DNA of 64,000 nucleotides from Octopus vulgaris (taxonomy: Eukaryota): positions 68,572,001 through 68,636,000 of the forward strand of contig OX597816.1 in the NCBI GenBank assembly GCA_951406725.2, written 5' to 3'. Shown here piece after piece: positions 15,993 to 28,627 of this stretch. Positions within the stretch are counted from its first letter, which is position 1; every line of letters starts with the position of its first letter. The position numbers were made by a program, and so were the translations under genes. Under the pieces are notes generated by a model. That model worked only from the letters and a program-made list of their open reading frames with translations, had not been told where the DNA came from and did not search any database.

Positions 15993-16466
15993 CTGGAAAA
16001 TGTTTTGGCATTGTTCCATTGCAGATGGAATCGTTTTCCTTTCACCTATTTTTATATTTCTATATTCCTGCATTTTTTCACCACGCATCCTGATTGTATC
16101 ACTCAATTACCAGTACACACACACACATACATACATACATACATACATACATACATACATACACACATACACACATACATTCATACATACATAGACACAT
16201 ACATACATACCTAAGCGTGAGTATATACATGTATATACATACATGAATATGCAAATATGTAGATATATATATATACATACATACATATATATATATAAAT
16301 ATATATATACATATATATATATATATACATATATGTACATATATATGTGTGTATATATATATATATAAATATATGTATATATATATATATATACATACAT
16401 TATGTACATATATATGTGTGTGTATATATATATATATATATCATATAATATTTATATTATATTTGT

Positions 16467-16518
<52 letters not shown>

Positions 16519-16739
16519 GTATATGTACGCATGTGGGGGTGGGGTGTTTGTGTGGACGTGAATGGACATACATATTAAAATTGCCTGCGTGTCTTTCGGT
16601 TTGATTATGATTGAATGAACGGATCAATACAACGATCAAATCGCCCTGTCTCTCTTCTTTTACTCTCTCACGGTTTCGTTTTGTTCCCCTCACTTTTGTC
16701 TTCCTCACTTTTTTCCAATTTGTCTCTGCATACGTGCAT

Positions 16740-16771
<32 letters not shown>

Positions 16772-17389
16772 TATGCACATACGCACACGCATACAGAGAC
16801 GCATGCACAAACATGCACATACATACATACATACATACAAACATACATACATACATACATACATATGTGCGTGTCTCTGTTTCTCTGTGTATGTAGGCAT
16901 ATGTTTACAAATAATATCTATAAAATTAATTAACTTGTATTTAGTTCTGCTGGCAAAGTAAGTCCCGTAGTTAAACCGCAGGGATTTCTCCAGGTTGAAC
17001 CTAAAGTAAATATATACTTATTGAACATATAGACAGAACTCTGTAAACATACGTATTAATTACTCAAGAAGAATTATAAATACGTGTATGTATTTGTGTG
17101 TGTGTGTGTGTGTGTCTGTCTGTCTATAATTATATACCTCGTGCTTTGCATTTTATGTTGGGTCGTAATCAATAAAATCGAAGAATTCAATGAAAAACTC
17201 CACATAAACAGCGCCACATTTGCTGCAAAAGCACGTGCAATAGTCACATCTGTGCAGAAAAGCGTAAGTCCCTAATAAGGCTGAAAAGCTGCAACTGTAT
17301 TGCTCGCGTTACAGCGAACAATCAAACGATAGCAATATTCGAAATCGAGCTATAGCTAACATTTATGGATGTAAAAAATAAAAAATAAA

Positions 17390-17615
17390 TGCGCCCTTTT
17401 TAAAGAGAAACCTGGTTCATGGGCTCGGTTTCCCGGTTTCAATGGCATATGTGTTCCCCAGCTGGACGGGACGCCAGTCCATGTCAGCGTTACTCATTTT
17501 TGCCAGCTGAGTGGACTGGAGCAACGTGGAACGAAGTGTTTTGCGTCGCCCGGTCCAGGAACCTAAACCACAATTTTACGATCATGATGCTGACACCCTA
17601 ACCACTGAGCCACGC
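17390..17615 (-). mobile_element. SINE family C
   Basis: Homologous to 10305-10545. Confidence 0.75.
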
Positions 17616-18126
17616 GAATGGACGTATACACACACATAAATATAATTTTGTCGGTCACAACATGTACAGACGACTATTGGCAGCTGCTCTACAGGAAAGT
17701 CAATAATATCGTTAGACCAATGTATTGGAATATAGCTGAGAACAAAACCACGCAAAAGAATCACTATCGTCAGAAGACCGTATGAGCTTAGTTTTGACTA
17801 CCTCAAGCAGCAGAAACATTAAAACCAGGGATTAAGACATACAGAATTAACTGTATTCTAATACGATATATAAACATTGAATACGATATATAGGCACAGA
17901 AATTTGACTGAAATTTTCACAAACGAACCTGGGGCCCAATACCGGGTTAAACGCTGAAGTACAAAGGAAGAATACGGACACAGTTAAGACTTAGTATTAA
18001 TGCTACTTATTCTCAAGCCAAATCTTTACTCGCAGTTCATACGTCGCGATGCATACACGCTGAGATGGGTTTCTGACACCGTGACTCAGCCGTTTTGGCG
18101 CCGCATTTTTGGTGTTGTGATTCAAC

Positions 18127-18362
18127 TCTTTTACTTTTTTACTCATTTACTTGTTTCAGTCATTTCACAGTGGCCATGCTGGAGCACCGCCTTTAGTCGA
18201 GCAAATCGACCCCATGACTTATTCTTTGTAAGCCTAGTACTTATTATATTGGTCTCATTTGCCGAACCACTAAGTTACGGGGACGTAAACACACCAGTAT
18301 CGGTTGTCAAGCGATGTTGGGGTGACAGACACAGACACACAAACATACACACACACACACAC

Positions 18363-18433
<71 letters not shown>

Positions 18434-18578
18434 TACGACGGGCTTCTTTCAGTTTTCGTCTACCAAATCCACTCACAAGGCTTTGGTCGGCCCGAGGCTA
18501 TAGTAGAAGACACTAGCCCAAAGTGCCACGCAATGGGACTGAACCCAGAACCATGTGGTTGATAAGCAAGCTACTTAC
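18127..18578 (-). mobile_element. SINE family B with internal (TA)n/(CA)n
   Basis: Homologous to 54006-54420 and 61116-61555. Confidence 0.8.
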
Positions 18579-19294
18579 ATTTCTCTCGTTTTAATGTGTC
18601 TCTCGTTCTCTCTACCTCTCACAGTCTTCCGTTTCTCTCTCCCTCCCCATCCCTCTCTCTCTCTCTCTCTCGCACTCTCTTCCTCTCTCTCTGTTTGTGA
18701 GCATATTTGTCTTTATGTGCCTGAGTGCTTATATCAGTCGTATTCTATAACTCAATTATAATCTCTCTTTCTTCCTCTCTGTCTCTCTCCTTCTCTTTTT
18801 CCCACGCGCACTCTCTCTACCTGCATGTGTATATTTCTGCGCACCTGCGCATAAGCGTCTGTGTGTATTTGACTCCAACGAGAAAATGCATGGTGAATTT
18901 CCAGTCAGCCGTGCCAAATCGTCAGTCTCCAAACAGTAGCGCCAAATTGTCTCATTACGCACATAGATTGTGAACGGTATGAAATTGCCAAGAATATTTG
19001 TAGAAAGAATTAATGTATTTTACGGAAGTACCGAGAACCATTCGGTTTTGCTGATCTTGCTACAAAATTTCTCGTATGTTATTACAGATTTTCTTTTTTT
19101 TTTTATATATTCAGTACAGTAGACATAAACAGTCTATTCAAAATAAACGGAAAGTATGCAAAAACAAAAAAAAATGCTGAGATTATAATTCAGCCAGCTA
19201 TACTGACTTGAATATCGTGTAGAAGGATGAAAACAAACTATTCAGAAAAAAACCCCAGCTTACACAGACAGACAGACAGATAGACAGACAGACA

Positions 19295-19354
<60 letters not shown>

Positions 19355-19489
19355 TAGATGGATAGATACTTACATACGGTTACATAGAAGTATGATACGA
19401 GTATATATTTCCAAAAGTATATTTACATATATATGTGTGCACTTAATTCTACATATTAGCGTATGTAACAAATCTGGTCTTTAAACATC

Positions 19490-19565
<76 letters not shown>

Positions 19566-19677
19566 GTATGTGTGTGTGTGTGTGTTACTACTATGATATT
19601 GTTGATGAAACTATGATTTTGGTTAATGGAGTAACTATAAAATAAATCTTTTAAATTTAACTAAATTGTATATTTTT

Positions 19678-19767
19678 ATGCAGCTGGAGATTGCTCTTCA
19701 TTTTAAAACTGATGTAATACTTGCATTGTTCAATTAAATGGAGTCGCATGAAACGATCGTACTGCAT
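19678..19767 (+). ncRNA. Hammerhead-like motif (core variant CTGGAGA)
   Basis: atgcag CTGGAGA ttgc...gcat GAAA cgatcg TA ctgcat; same family as 6861-6949. Confidence 0.5.
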
Positions 19768-20541
19768 TACCTCTGGATATTCTTGTTGCGTATTTTGATT
19801 ATAATCACCCCATTTTGAATTTTATGGATAATAGCATACAAAATTCTGGTGCCTTTAACTTAAGTACCATATTCAACTAGATCTAAATTTTTACTGAACT
19901 GTACAAACTAGGGTGTTGGAATACCATTTGCTAGGAAGATGAGTTACCACTCCAAAACTGCAAATATATATATATATGCAGAGATTTAAAATTTCTTATA
20001 ATATTTTTCAATGCCGGATAGAAAAGAGATAAATATATTGGCGCTCAATTGGTCTTTCTTTTATCGACTCCGAAAGCATAAAAAGCAAAATCGGCTTCAG
20101 CCGAATGTGAAACGAGAACATAAAGACGACGAAATAAGCCAAACATTTTGCTCACTGTACTAACGATTCTGTCAGCTCACCTCTTTTAGAAATGTAATGA
20201 AGATATTGGTTTCAAATTTTGGCACAAGACCAGCAATTTCCGAGGAGAGGTTAAGTCCATTACATAAACCCCAGTGCTTCATTGGTCCTTATTTTATCGA
20301 CCCGAATGGATAGCAGGACATGGGTGAAATTTGAACTCAGAACGTAACAGCGGACGAAATGCCGCTAAGTATTTCGCCCGGCTTATTTCTACCAGTTTAT
20401 TCCTACCAGCTCGCAGCTTTTAAAGAGATGAATATATTAAAAAAACTTTGAACTTTTCAAGCATGAAATATTTCTGTTTATCTACGTTTTTCGTTATTTT
20501 AGCATTCGCCGTACGTGTGTATGCTAATATGTAAACATGTG

Positions 20542-20579
<38 letters not shown>

Positions 20580-20600
20580 ATTATGTACTTTCTGTGTATG

Positions 20601-20652
20601 TCCCACTGAAGGGACAGAGCATATTGTTAATGCCAGAAATCTAGATCTGGGA
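20601..20652 (+). ncRNA. Hammerhead-like motif (core variant CTGAAGG)
   Basis: tccca CTGAAGG ...gcat..atgc.. GAAA tctaga TC tggga; 5-bp stem I, palindromic stem III; host segment lies between (TA)n tracts. Confidence 0.5.
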
Positions 20653-20905
20653 TTATCCAGTAATTTTTACTAGTTTATTTGTCTCTTTGCCTTTTCTCCT
20701 GGTTCTGTATGAATACTTGATGTGGTTTTAGAGTCAAGTTTTGACTGCTATCTGTAGCACGGTGGTATCTTTTAGGTACCCTTAATTATAATTTTAATAA
20801 TAATTATTACCTATAAGTTTTTTTTATTCTCATGCTGGCCACTTGATATAATCGGTATTTTAAATAATGATCTTATCCTTTTTTCTATAAATTTATATAT
20901 ATATA

Positions 20906-20970
<65 letters not shown>

Positions 20971-21142
20971 TGCTGTTAATTATTAGCTGCTGCTAATTAT
21001 TAGCTGCAGGCTAGTTTTCTCGGGTTTCAACGCGCCAAAGTATATTTGAAAGATATATTCAAATGTAATAGGCTGAACTCCATGCACGCGATATTTCGGT
21101 ATCGTGTTTGCATCTAGTCCAGCAAATTACATTTATAACGGA

Positions 21143-21207
21143 CCATGCTGATGATGGCTGCAGTTTTCCTTGCGGAAAATAACAGCTGAAACTAAGTTAG
21201 TACATGG
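21143..21207 (+). ncRNA. Type I hammerhead ribozyme
   Basis: ccatg CTGATGA t ggctg...cagct GAAA cta agt tag TA catgg; intact core, all three stems, GUA cleavage triplet. Confidence 0.75.
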
Positions 21208-21445
21208 GTAATTATTTTATTTCGTATATTTTTCACTTGTTTATTGCTATGGTTTTGTGTTGAGTTTGATCTGAGAACATAATCTTTTGTGGTGAATGGC
21301 GATTTGACGTCTATATCTAGCATGTTGACTGTCCACTTTTCGTGTTCAGTCCTTAATTGGTATATATAAATATTTTAATCTTCGGATTCTTTTTTAATAT
21401 GCTAGACCACTGGTCTTAATTGATAAATATCAATTTCTACCCTTA

Positions 21446-21500
<55 letters not shown>

Positions 21501-21923
21501 GCCCATATATATGTATGTATGACGTAAATTTATAATATATCTAACACACATGAACACAGACATACACACACACACGTTTCATCGTTTCATCCTTTACTTG
21601 TTCCAGTTAATAGACCGTGGCCATAATGGAGCACCGTCTTGTAAATTGATAGTCGAACGAATCGAAACGAATACTTAGTTTTTTTAATGTTTTAAACCTG
21701 ATACAAATTCTAACGATTGTGTACATACACATATACGTGAAAGGGATTCTTTCAGTTTCCGCCTGGCAAATCAACAAACAAGGCTTTGACCAGTTCAAGA
21801 CTATATAGTAGGAAACTTTTGCACGTGGTACCACGCTGTGGGACTAAAATCTGAACTATGTATTGGAAAGCAAACTTCTTACCATACAGTCACGCATGCG
21901 CCTACACACACTGACACAGTATA

Positions 21924-21983
<60 letters not shown>

Positions 21984-21984
<1 letters not shown>

Positions 21985-22367
21985 TAGCAGTATCGCCCGG
22001 CGTTGCTCAGGTTTGTAAGGAAAATAACTATAAAGCATTTTTAGAGAGTTATAGCCAAAAAATAGCAAAAAAATGGAAAAAAAATGATGGTAAATTTTTT
22101 TGAGAGTTAAAAAAGGTGGAGTTGCGTCCCCTAGACGGTCTGTGGTTTGGGTTTCTGATTCTCGACCCCATGTCGAATTTATCGATTTTTTTCAGAACTG
22201 GGGGAACTTTTCAAAATTTTCGCTGCGTTAGTTTTGAATTATGACATTGGGCTATGTGTGTGTCAAGTTTCATCAGAATCGGTTGAAAGCCGTGGTCAGA
22301 GTGAGGGTACAACCAAACAGACACACAGAAACACACACAGACAAACTGCCGTTTATATATAGAGAGA
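21984..22367 (-). mobile_element. Non-autonomous Helitron-like element
   Basis: Same termini as 247-641 with a different interior. Confidence 0.6.
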
Positions 22368-22373
22368 TATATG

Positions 22374-22516
<143 letters not shown>

Positions 22517-22571
22517 GATAGACCGTTAGCTCCTACACGTATTTTTTCTCTCCTTGTTTCTTTACTGTGTA

Positions 22572-22609
22572 TCTTTCTGTCGAAGAGCGTAGGCTCGAAA
22601 CGGAAAAGA
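22572..22609 (+). ncRNA. Minimal hammerhead-like motif (mutated) in a short repeat family
   Basis: tcttt CTGTCGA agagc gtag gctc GAAA cgga aaaga; relatives at 30431-30467 (+) and 39371-39408 (-). Confidence 0.45.
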
Positions 22610-22971
22610 CTTGTTCTTTTTCTATTCCTGAGCGCCATACTAATACATTTGTTTGTTTGTACTCCACCAGCCTTCGTCTTTTGTTTATTTTCGTAAATCT
22701 TCCCGTTATATTTATATACATATACACACAAATACACACACACATATATATATATACATACACACATACAATCACACACGCACTTAAATATTGATATATG
22801 TATGTATTTGTGCATGTAGAGATAGAAAGATAGATAGATAGAATGATAACGTGTCTATACACATGTATGTGTTTTTGTTTGTGCGCGCGTATAGATATAC
22901 GTATGATTTAATATTGTTATACATACACCCATACACATCCAAACACATTCACACACACACACGCTCCCATG

Positions 22972-23006
<35 letters not shown>

Positions 23007-23546
23007 CACACTCTCTCTCTCATATAGACAATCCTGCTTCGCACAAATTACCCGCCACTGACACCATCACACACACAAATACATATATGTATATCATTAA
23101 ATATTGATAACAGTATTCGTTGAAATATTCCTCTGATAACAAAGATATTCCACGCTTTCTGTTGTTATTCTATGAAATAATGCAACAAAGCTGATCGACT
23201 GATGAAATAAAAATATTGACCCAGAATCACAAATATTTACCAACGCTAGATTATATGTTGCAGAAATACAGTATTGTTTTCTTTCGCTCAATGCTGTTGT
23301 ATTCATCCCGGCTGTGTTAAGATTCACTCTCTTCAGTTATTTGTTGGTGAGGCTTTGTTCTAGTTCGTGTTTATGTACGTATGTATGTATGTATGTATGT
23401 ATGTATGTATGTATGTATGTATGTATGTATGTATGTATGTATGTATGTATGCCTATATCTATACATATCTTTACGTTCTCATCTATATGTATATATAGAT
23501 CTCTCTATATCATTTATCTAGCTATATATACATACTTACATACATA

Positions 23547-23581
<35 letters not shown>

Positions 23582-23596
23582 ATATCTATCTATCTA

Positions 23597-23637
<41 letters not shown>

Positions 23638-23641
<4 letters not shown>

Positions 23642-24188
23642 TACAAAATTAGAGAATGGAGAAACATACTTAAATCAATAAAACATCAACTATCCGATGA
23701 TACTCAATCCATACTTTAATACACCATTACATAGGAGTAAAGGCAATATATAAAATGAAATGAGATATACAGTAATAGTAAAAGTAAAAAGATAAAGAGA
23801 TATAAGTAAAAAATTACAAATACAATATGCAAATAAATCAAAACTGACAGCTGTTTCGGCAGTGAGGACAGTCATACCTCATTTAACCTATAAGCCATAA
23901 AGGCAGGTATAAATGAGGCATTAACAAAGATGCCCCACGGCCTCTTCAGAGAATTAAATTAAATTTGTTATAATAGTGAAAAATATTATATAATCATATA
24001 CATATAAATATAAAAATATAAAAAAGTAAAATATAAAAACTTATACATCATAATGCTACACTTGTATAATATAATACACATTTGTACAAAAAGGAAGGTA
24101 ACCAGAACAAAATAAAACAAAATATATAACAGTGTATATATAATATTAATAAGTACCGATATCATACATATTTAGCTAATAGTTTTTT

Positions 24189-24231
<43 letters not shown>

Positions 24232-24320
24232 TAACACATATGGAGATGAAAAATAATAATAATTAAATCCGTGGTACAGTTCATAAAATTCTAAAGCTAT
24301 AAAAGTTAATAAAAATTACT

Positions 24321-24354
<34 letters not shown>

Positions 24355-25486
24355 GTAATAAAAATAAAAAATAATAAAAATAGATACAGTTAAGTTATCA
24401 CCAAGTCCATCCTTCAAAGATCGAAATAACTATGAGTTAAGAAATGCTGACCACTAGGTAAAGAAAATTTAGATTAATTCGATTGGCTATTGGTTTGAAA
24501 TTTAAATCACAAAAGAAAATTATACGGTTGGTTAGTCAGGGAACGCCAATATTCACACACGCATCTATAGATCAATCGCACATACACACATAGTTATATG
24601 TATATACATACACTTGTACATATACATAATCATAAGCAACAACTCACACTTAGATAAACAAATAGGGAAGCAACCATGCTAACACTAAGTCCTTCAAAAT
24701 TATAACTGAGCCTAAATAACCAAAAAAAAAAAAGAACCATCCATGCATTCTATAAAATATTTAATTAAGATATAAATGTATTTAAATATCAGTATGTTAC
24801 TAATTCAGATAATTATTTCATGGGTAACTTAAAATTTATAACACCGGTTTGTTGCAGAGTAAACATACGGTTGTTAGGTTTATCGTAAGTTTGTTATGAT
24901 TTAAAGTACGCTAAATTATAAAATATAAAATATAAAATATATTAATTTAGATATTATAAATAAGTCACTTATTAACTTAATAAATATAGTGCCAAAATAT
25001 ACCAGTTTAGGCAATAAAAATAGAGGGGGAAGTATTAATGTAAACGCTTATGAGAACATCACAGAAATTTTAAATAAATTTTATATTATAAAGACTTAAT
25101 ATGAAAAGAGATAAAATAAATAAAAAGGAATAAATACGAAGGAATAAATACGGTTATACACATAATTATAAGTACAAACTAGTATATATGTATTCATATA
25201 TTATTAAAATTAAATAAAAATAAATGATAGATATGTATGTATACAACTACACCAGTATAAGTAAATAAGTAAAGAATAAATAGGTAACAAATTAAATGAC
25301 TTGATATGTATGTAAACATCCACACTTAAATAGGCAAATAAATAAATAAATAGAAGACTAGATGCAAATATTGATAATATTACAATAAAATGGGAAATAA
25401 ATAAAAATAAATAAAGTGAATATATATATTTTATATTGTTGAAAGTAAATATGTATGGAAGGATAGTTTAAAGTACAGATCCAGAG
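23638..25486 (-). repeat. Left inverted arm (~1.85 kb)
   Basis: Reverse complement of 27467-29289; the ORF track gives the identical 61-aa peptide at 23690-23875(-) and 29052-29237(+). Confidence 0.97.
23841..23955 (-). ncRNA. Hammerhead ribozyme motif in the left arm
   Basis: Reverse complement of the motif at 28972-29086. Confidence 0.65.
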
Positions 25487-26866
25487 CATTACTTAAGGCA
25501 GGATATAAAAGTAAGATTTGGTTTATACCTAAGGGGAACCCCCTAATGGAGGTAGAACTATCAAGAACAACACAAATAGATTTAGGATAATCAACAATAT
25601 ACATAAGAATAGTAAAAACAGAATATATGATAACACCTATAATAAATGTAGAAGTGACGTTAACCTTGGAAAGGTGAACGGTAGCTCAAATAGATCTAAA
25701 CATACGAGTAGTAGTAGTAATATTAATAATAATATACGAATTAAAACTTATGGTAGACATGATAATGGTAAAGTTTACTTGCGCAATAACCATGGTAATA
25801 TTGATATAGATAGATGTAACAATGACAGTGGTAAGAATAGTAATCCTATGAGTTGGTCTACGAATAGGATTTTTACAAATAACATTAATTCTATAGGCAA
25901 TCCTAATTCTGATAAGGATACTCTTTGGTTGATTATCCCGTATGCAATGCAGATTAAAACAAACATAGTGAGAGCTTTGCATAATATTATTTTTAGGCAT
26001 TTTGGTAAGGATAGGAATAAATTTAGTCCTTTAATTAACAACGGTACTGTTAGAGTGGGATATAGCATTACTCATAATCTAGCCACCATCATCTCCTCTT
26101 TTAATAACAAGAAACTGGATCACTTCTATAAGGATAGAAAATTGAATTTAGACCAGGAAAACTTGCCCCTCTTCATTAATAATAGGAATAGAAATTTTCT
26201 TGGAACAAATGGGAGCAACCTCCTTACTAATAATGAGTGCACCATACCTGTCAGAGATAATATAAATGTAATAGATCATACCACTACTACCAATACTAGT
26301 ACTAGTGATAGGAATATAGCCGATAATGTGGAATTAACTCATTCGTTGATTTTGGGTTTGGATGATGATAACAATTGTAACACTTATAATGTGAATAGTA
26401 GTATAGGGGTGGTGTCCAATCTTAGATTTCCTCATTCTGTTAATCTTTGTAATTGCAGAAATAAAAATAAATGTGTATTTGGTAATCAATGCCTCAGGAA
26501 GGAGGTAGTTTACCAATGCACTGTAGATACACAATTGAGTAGTAGAGTGTATATCGGGGCAACTATGAATAGCATAAAACAAAGATGGAATTATCATAGA
26601 TATACTTTTAGGAATAAAAATAGAATGTACTCTACAGGGCTAAGTGCATATATTTGGGAACTTAAAAGTAAGAACTTAGATTTTAGATTAAACTGGAAAA
26701 TACTAACTTCAGCACCTGTGTATAATGGAAAAAATAAAAATGCTCTCTATGTATTAATGAAATTTTCTTCATTATTAAAGCGGGTCGGCAAATTATTAAC
26801 AACATTAATGAGAAAAACTTCTTTTGTATTCATAGGCTACCGTTCACCTTTTCTAGATTCAAATAG
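25486..26866 (+). pseudogene. Penelope-like ORF C-terminal part: RT-thumb end, linker, Cys motif and GIY-YIG endonuclease (frameshifted)
   Basis: ALLKAGYKSKIWF from 25486; main ORF 25674-26873 with LWLIIPY..IKTNI..IIFRHF..TVRVGYS..FNNK, CNCRNKNKCVFGNQCL, VVYQC..VYIGAT..IKQRWNYH, STGLSAYIWELK..LNWKIL; after a frameshift near 26740 it continues CSLCINE..IINN..FCIHR to TAG at 26864-26866. Confidence 0.85.
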
Positions 26867-27466
26867 AACTTAGCACTTCCACTATTATCAATTTTTTAAT
26901 TCCCTTCTTTAACTAAATATACCTGTGGTCTTCTATAATTCTAAAGTATACAATTTATAAATTTCATAATTTTATAATTTTTATAGCTACATTTGTATAA
27001 TAACTAATTGGATGTGTCTAGTATTATTGGTTTCTTGGTTTTTGTATGTGGGTTTTTGTTTGTTTTTTTTAAGAGAAATGCAATATGACATAAAATAACA
27101 TATTCATTTTGGTATTTGCCTTGTAATATGTGATTTTTGAAGTTTTCCAATATTGCATAGTATATTGCAAAGTATATATGTATATCTTGGTTAGATACCT
27201 AGCTCTGGATAATGTAATGATATTGTATAATATGTAATATATGAGAGCCTTTTGTGAGTTTGGTGGGTTTAGGTTGAGATTATGGGTTTTTTGTATGTGC
27301 TGATTTGGAAGGTTTTTATTATATATTTGGTCTTTTTGTACTCACCTTAATTTGTATCTTATGCTATTCACTGATAAACCTTTTTCATTTTTTTCATTTT
27401 CTCATTTACATGCATTTTGCTTTATAATTGTTACCAGCTTCATATATTTAGTTTATATCTATAGTC

Positions 27467-28593
27467 CTCTGGATCTGTACTTTAAACTATCCTTCCATAC
27501 ATATTTACTTTCAACAATATAAAATATATATATTCACTTTATTTATTTTTATTTATTTCCCATTTTATTGTAATATTATCAATATTTGCATCTAGTCTTC
27601 TATTTATTTATTTATTTGCCTATTTAAGTGTGGATGTTTACATACATATCAAGTCATTTAATTTGTTACCTATTTATTCTTTACTTATTTACTTATACTG
27701 GTGTAGTTGTATACATACATATCTATCATTTATTTTTATTTAATTTTAATAATATATGAATACATATATACTAGTTTGTACTTATAATTATGTGTATAAC
27801 CGTATTTATTCCTTCGTATTTATTCCTTTTTATTTATTTTATCTCTTTTCATATTAAGTCTTTATAATATAAAATTTATTTAAAATTTCTGTGATGTTCT
27901 CATAAGCGTTTACATTAATACTTCCCCCTCTATTTTTTATTGCCTAAACTGGTATATTTTGGCACTATATTTATTAAGTTAATAAGTGACTTATTTATAA
28001 TATCTAAATTAATATATTTTATATTTTATATTTTATAATTTAGCGTACTTTAAATCATAACAAACTTACGATAAACCTAACAACCGTATGTTTACTCTGC
28101 AACAAACCGGTGTTATAAATTTTAAGTTACCCATGAAATAATTATCTGAATTAGTAACATACTGATATTTAAATACATTTATATCTTAATTAAATATTTT
28201 ATAGAATGCATGGATGGTTCTTTTTTTGTTATTGAGGCTCAGTTATAATTTTGAAGGACTTAGTGTTAGCATGGTTGCTTCCCTATTTGTTTATCTAAGT
28301 GTGAGTTGTTGCTTATGATTATGTATATGTACAAGTGTATGTATATACATATAACTATGTGTGTATGTGCGATTGATCTGTAGATGCGTGTGTGAATATT
28401 GGCGTTCCCTGACTAACCAACCGTATAATTTTCTTTTGTGATTTAAATTTCAAACCAATAGCCAATCGAATTAATCTAAATTTTCTTTACCTAGTGGTCA
28501 GCATTTCTTAACTCATAGTTATTTCGATCTTTGAAGGATGGACTTGGTGATAACTTAACTGTATCTATTTTTATTATTTTTTATTTTTATTAC

Positions 28594-28627
<34 letters not shown>

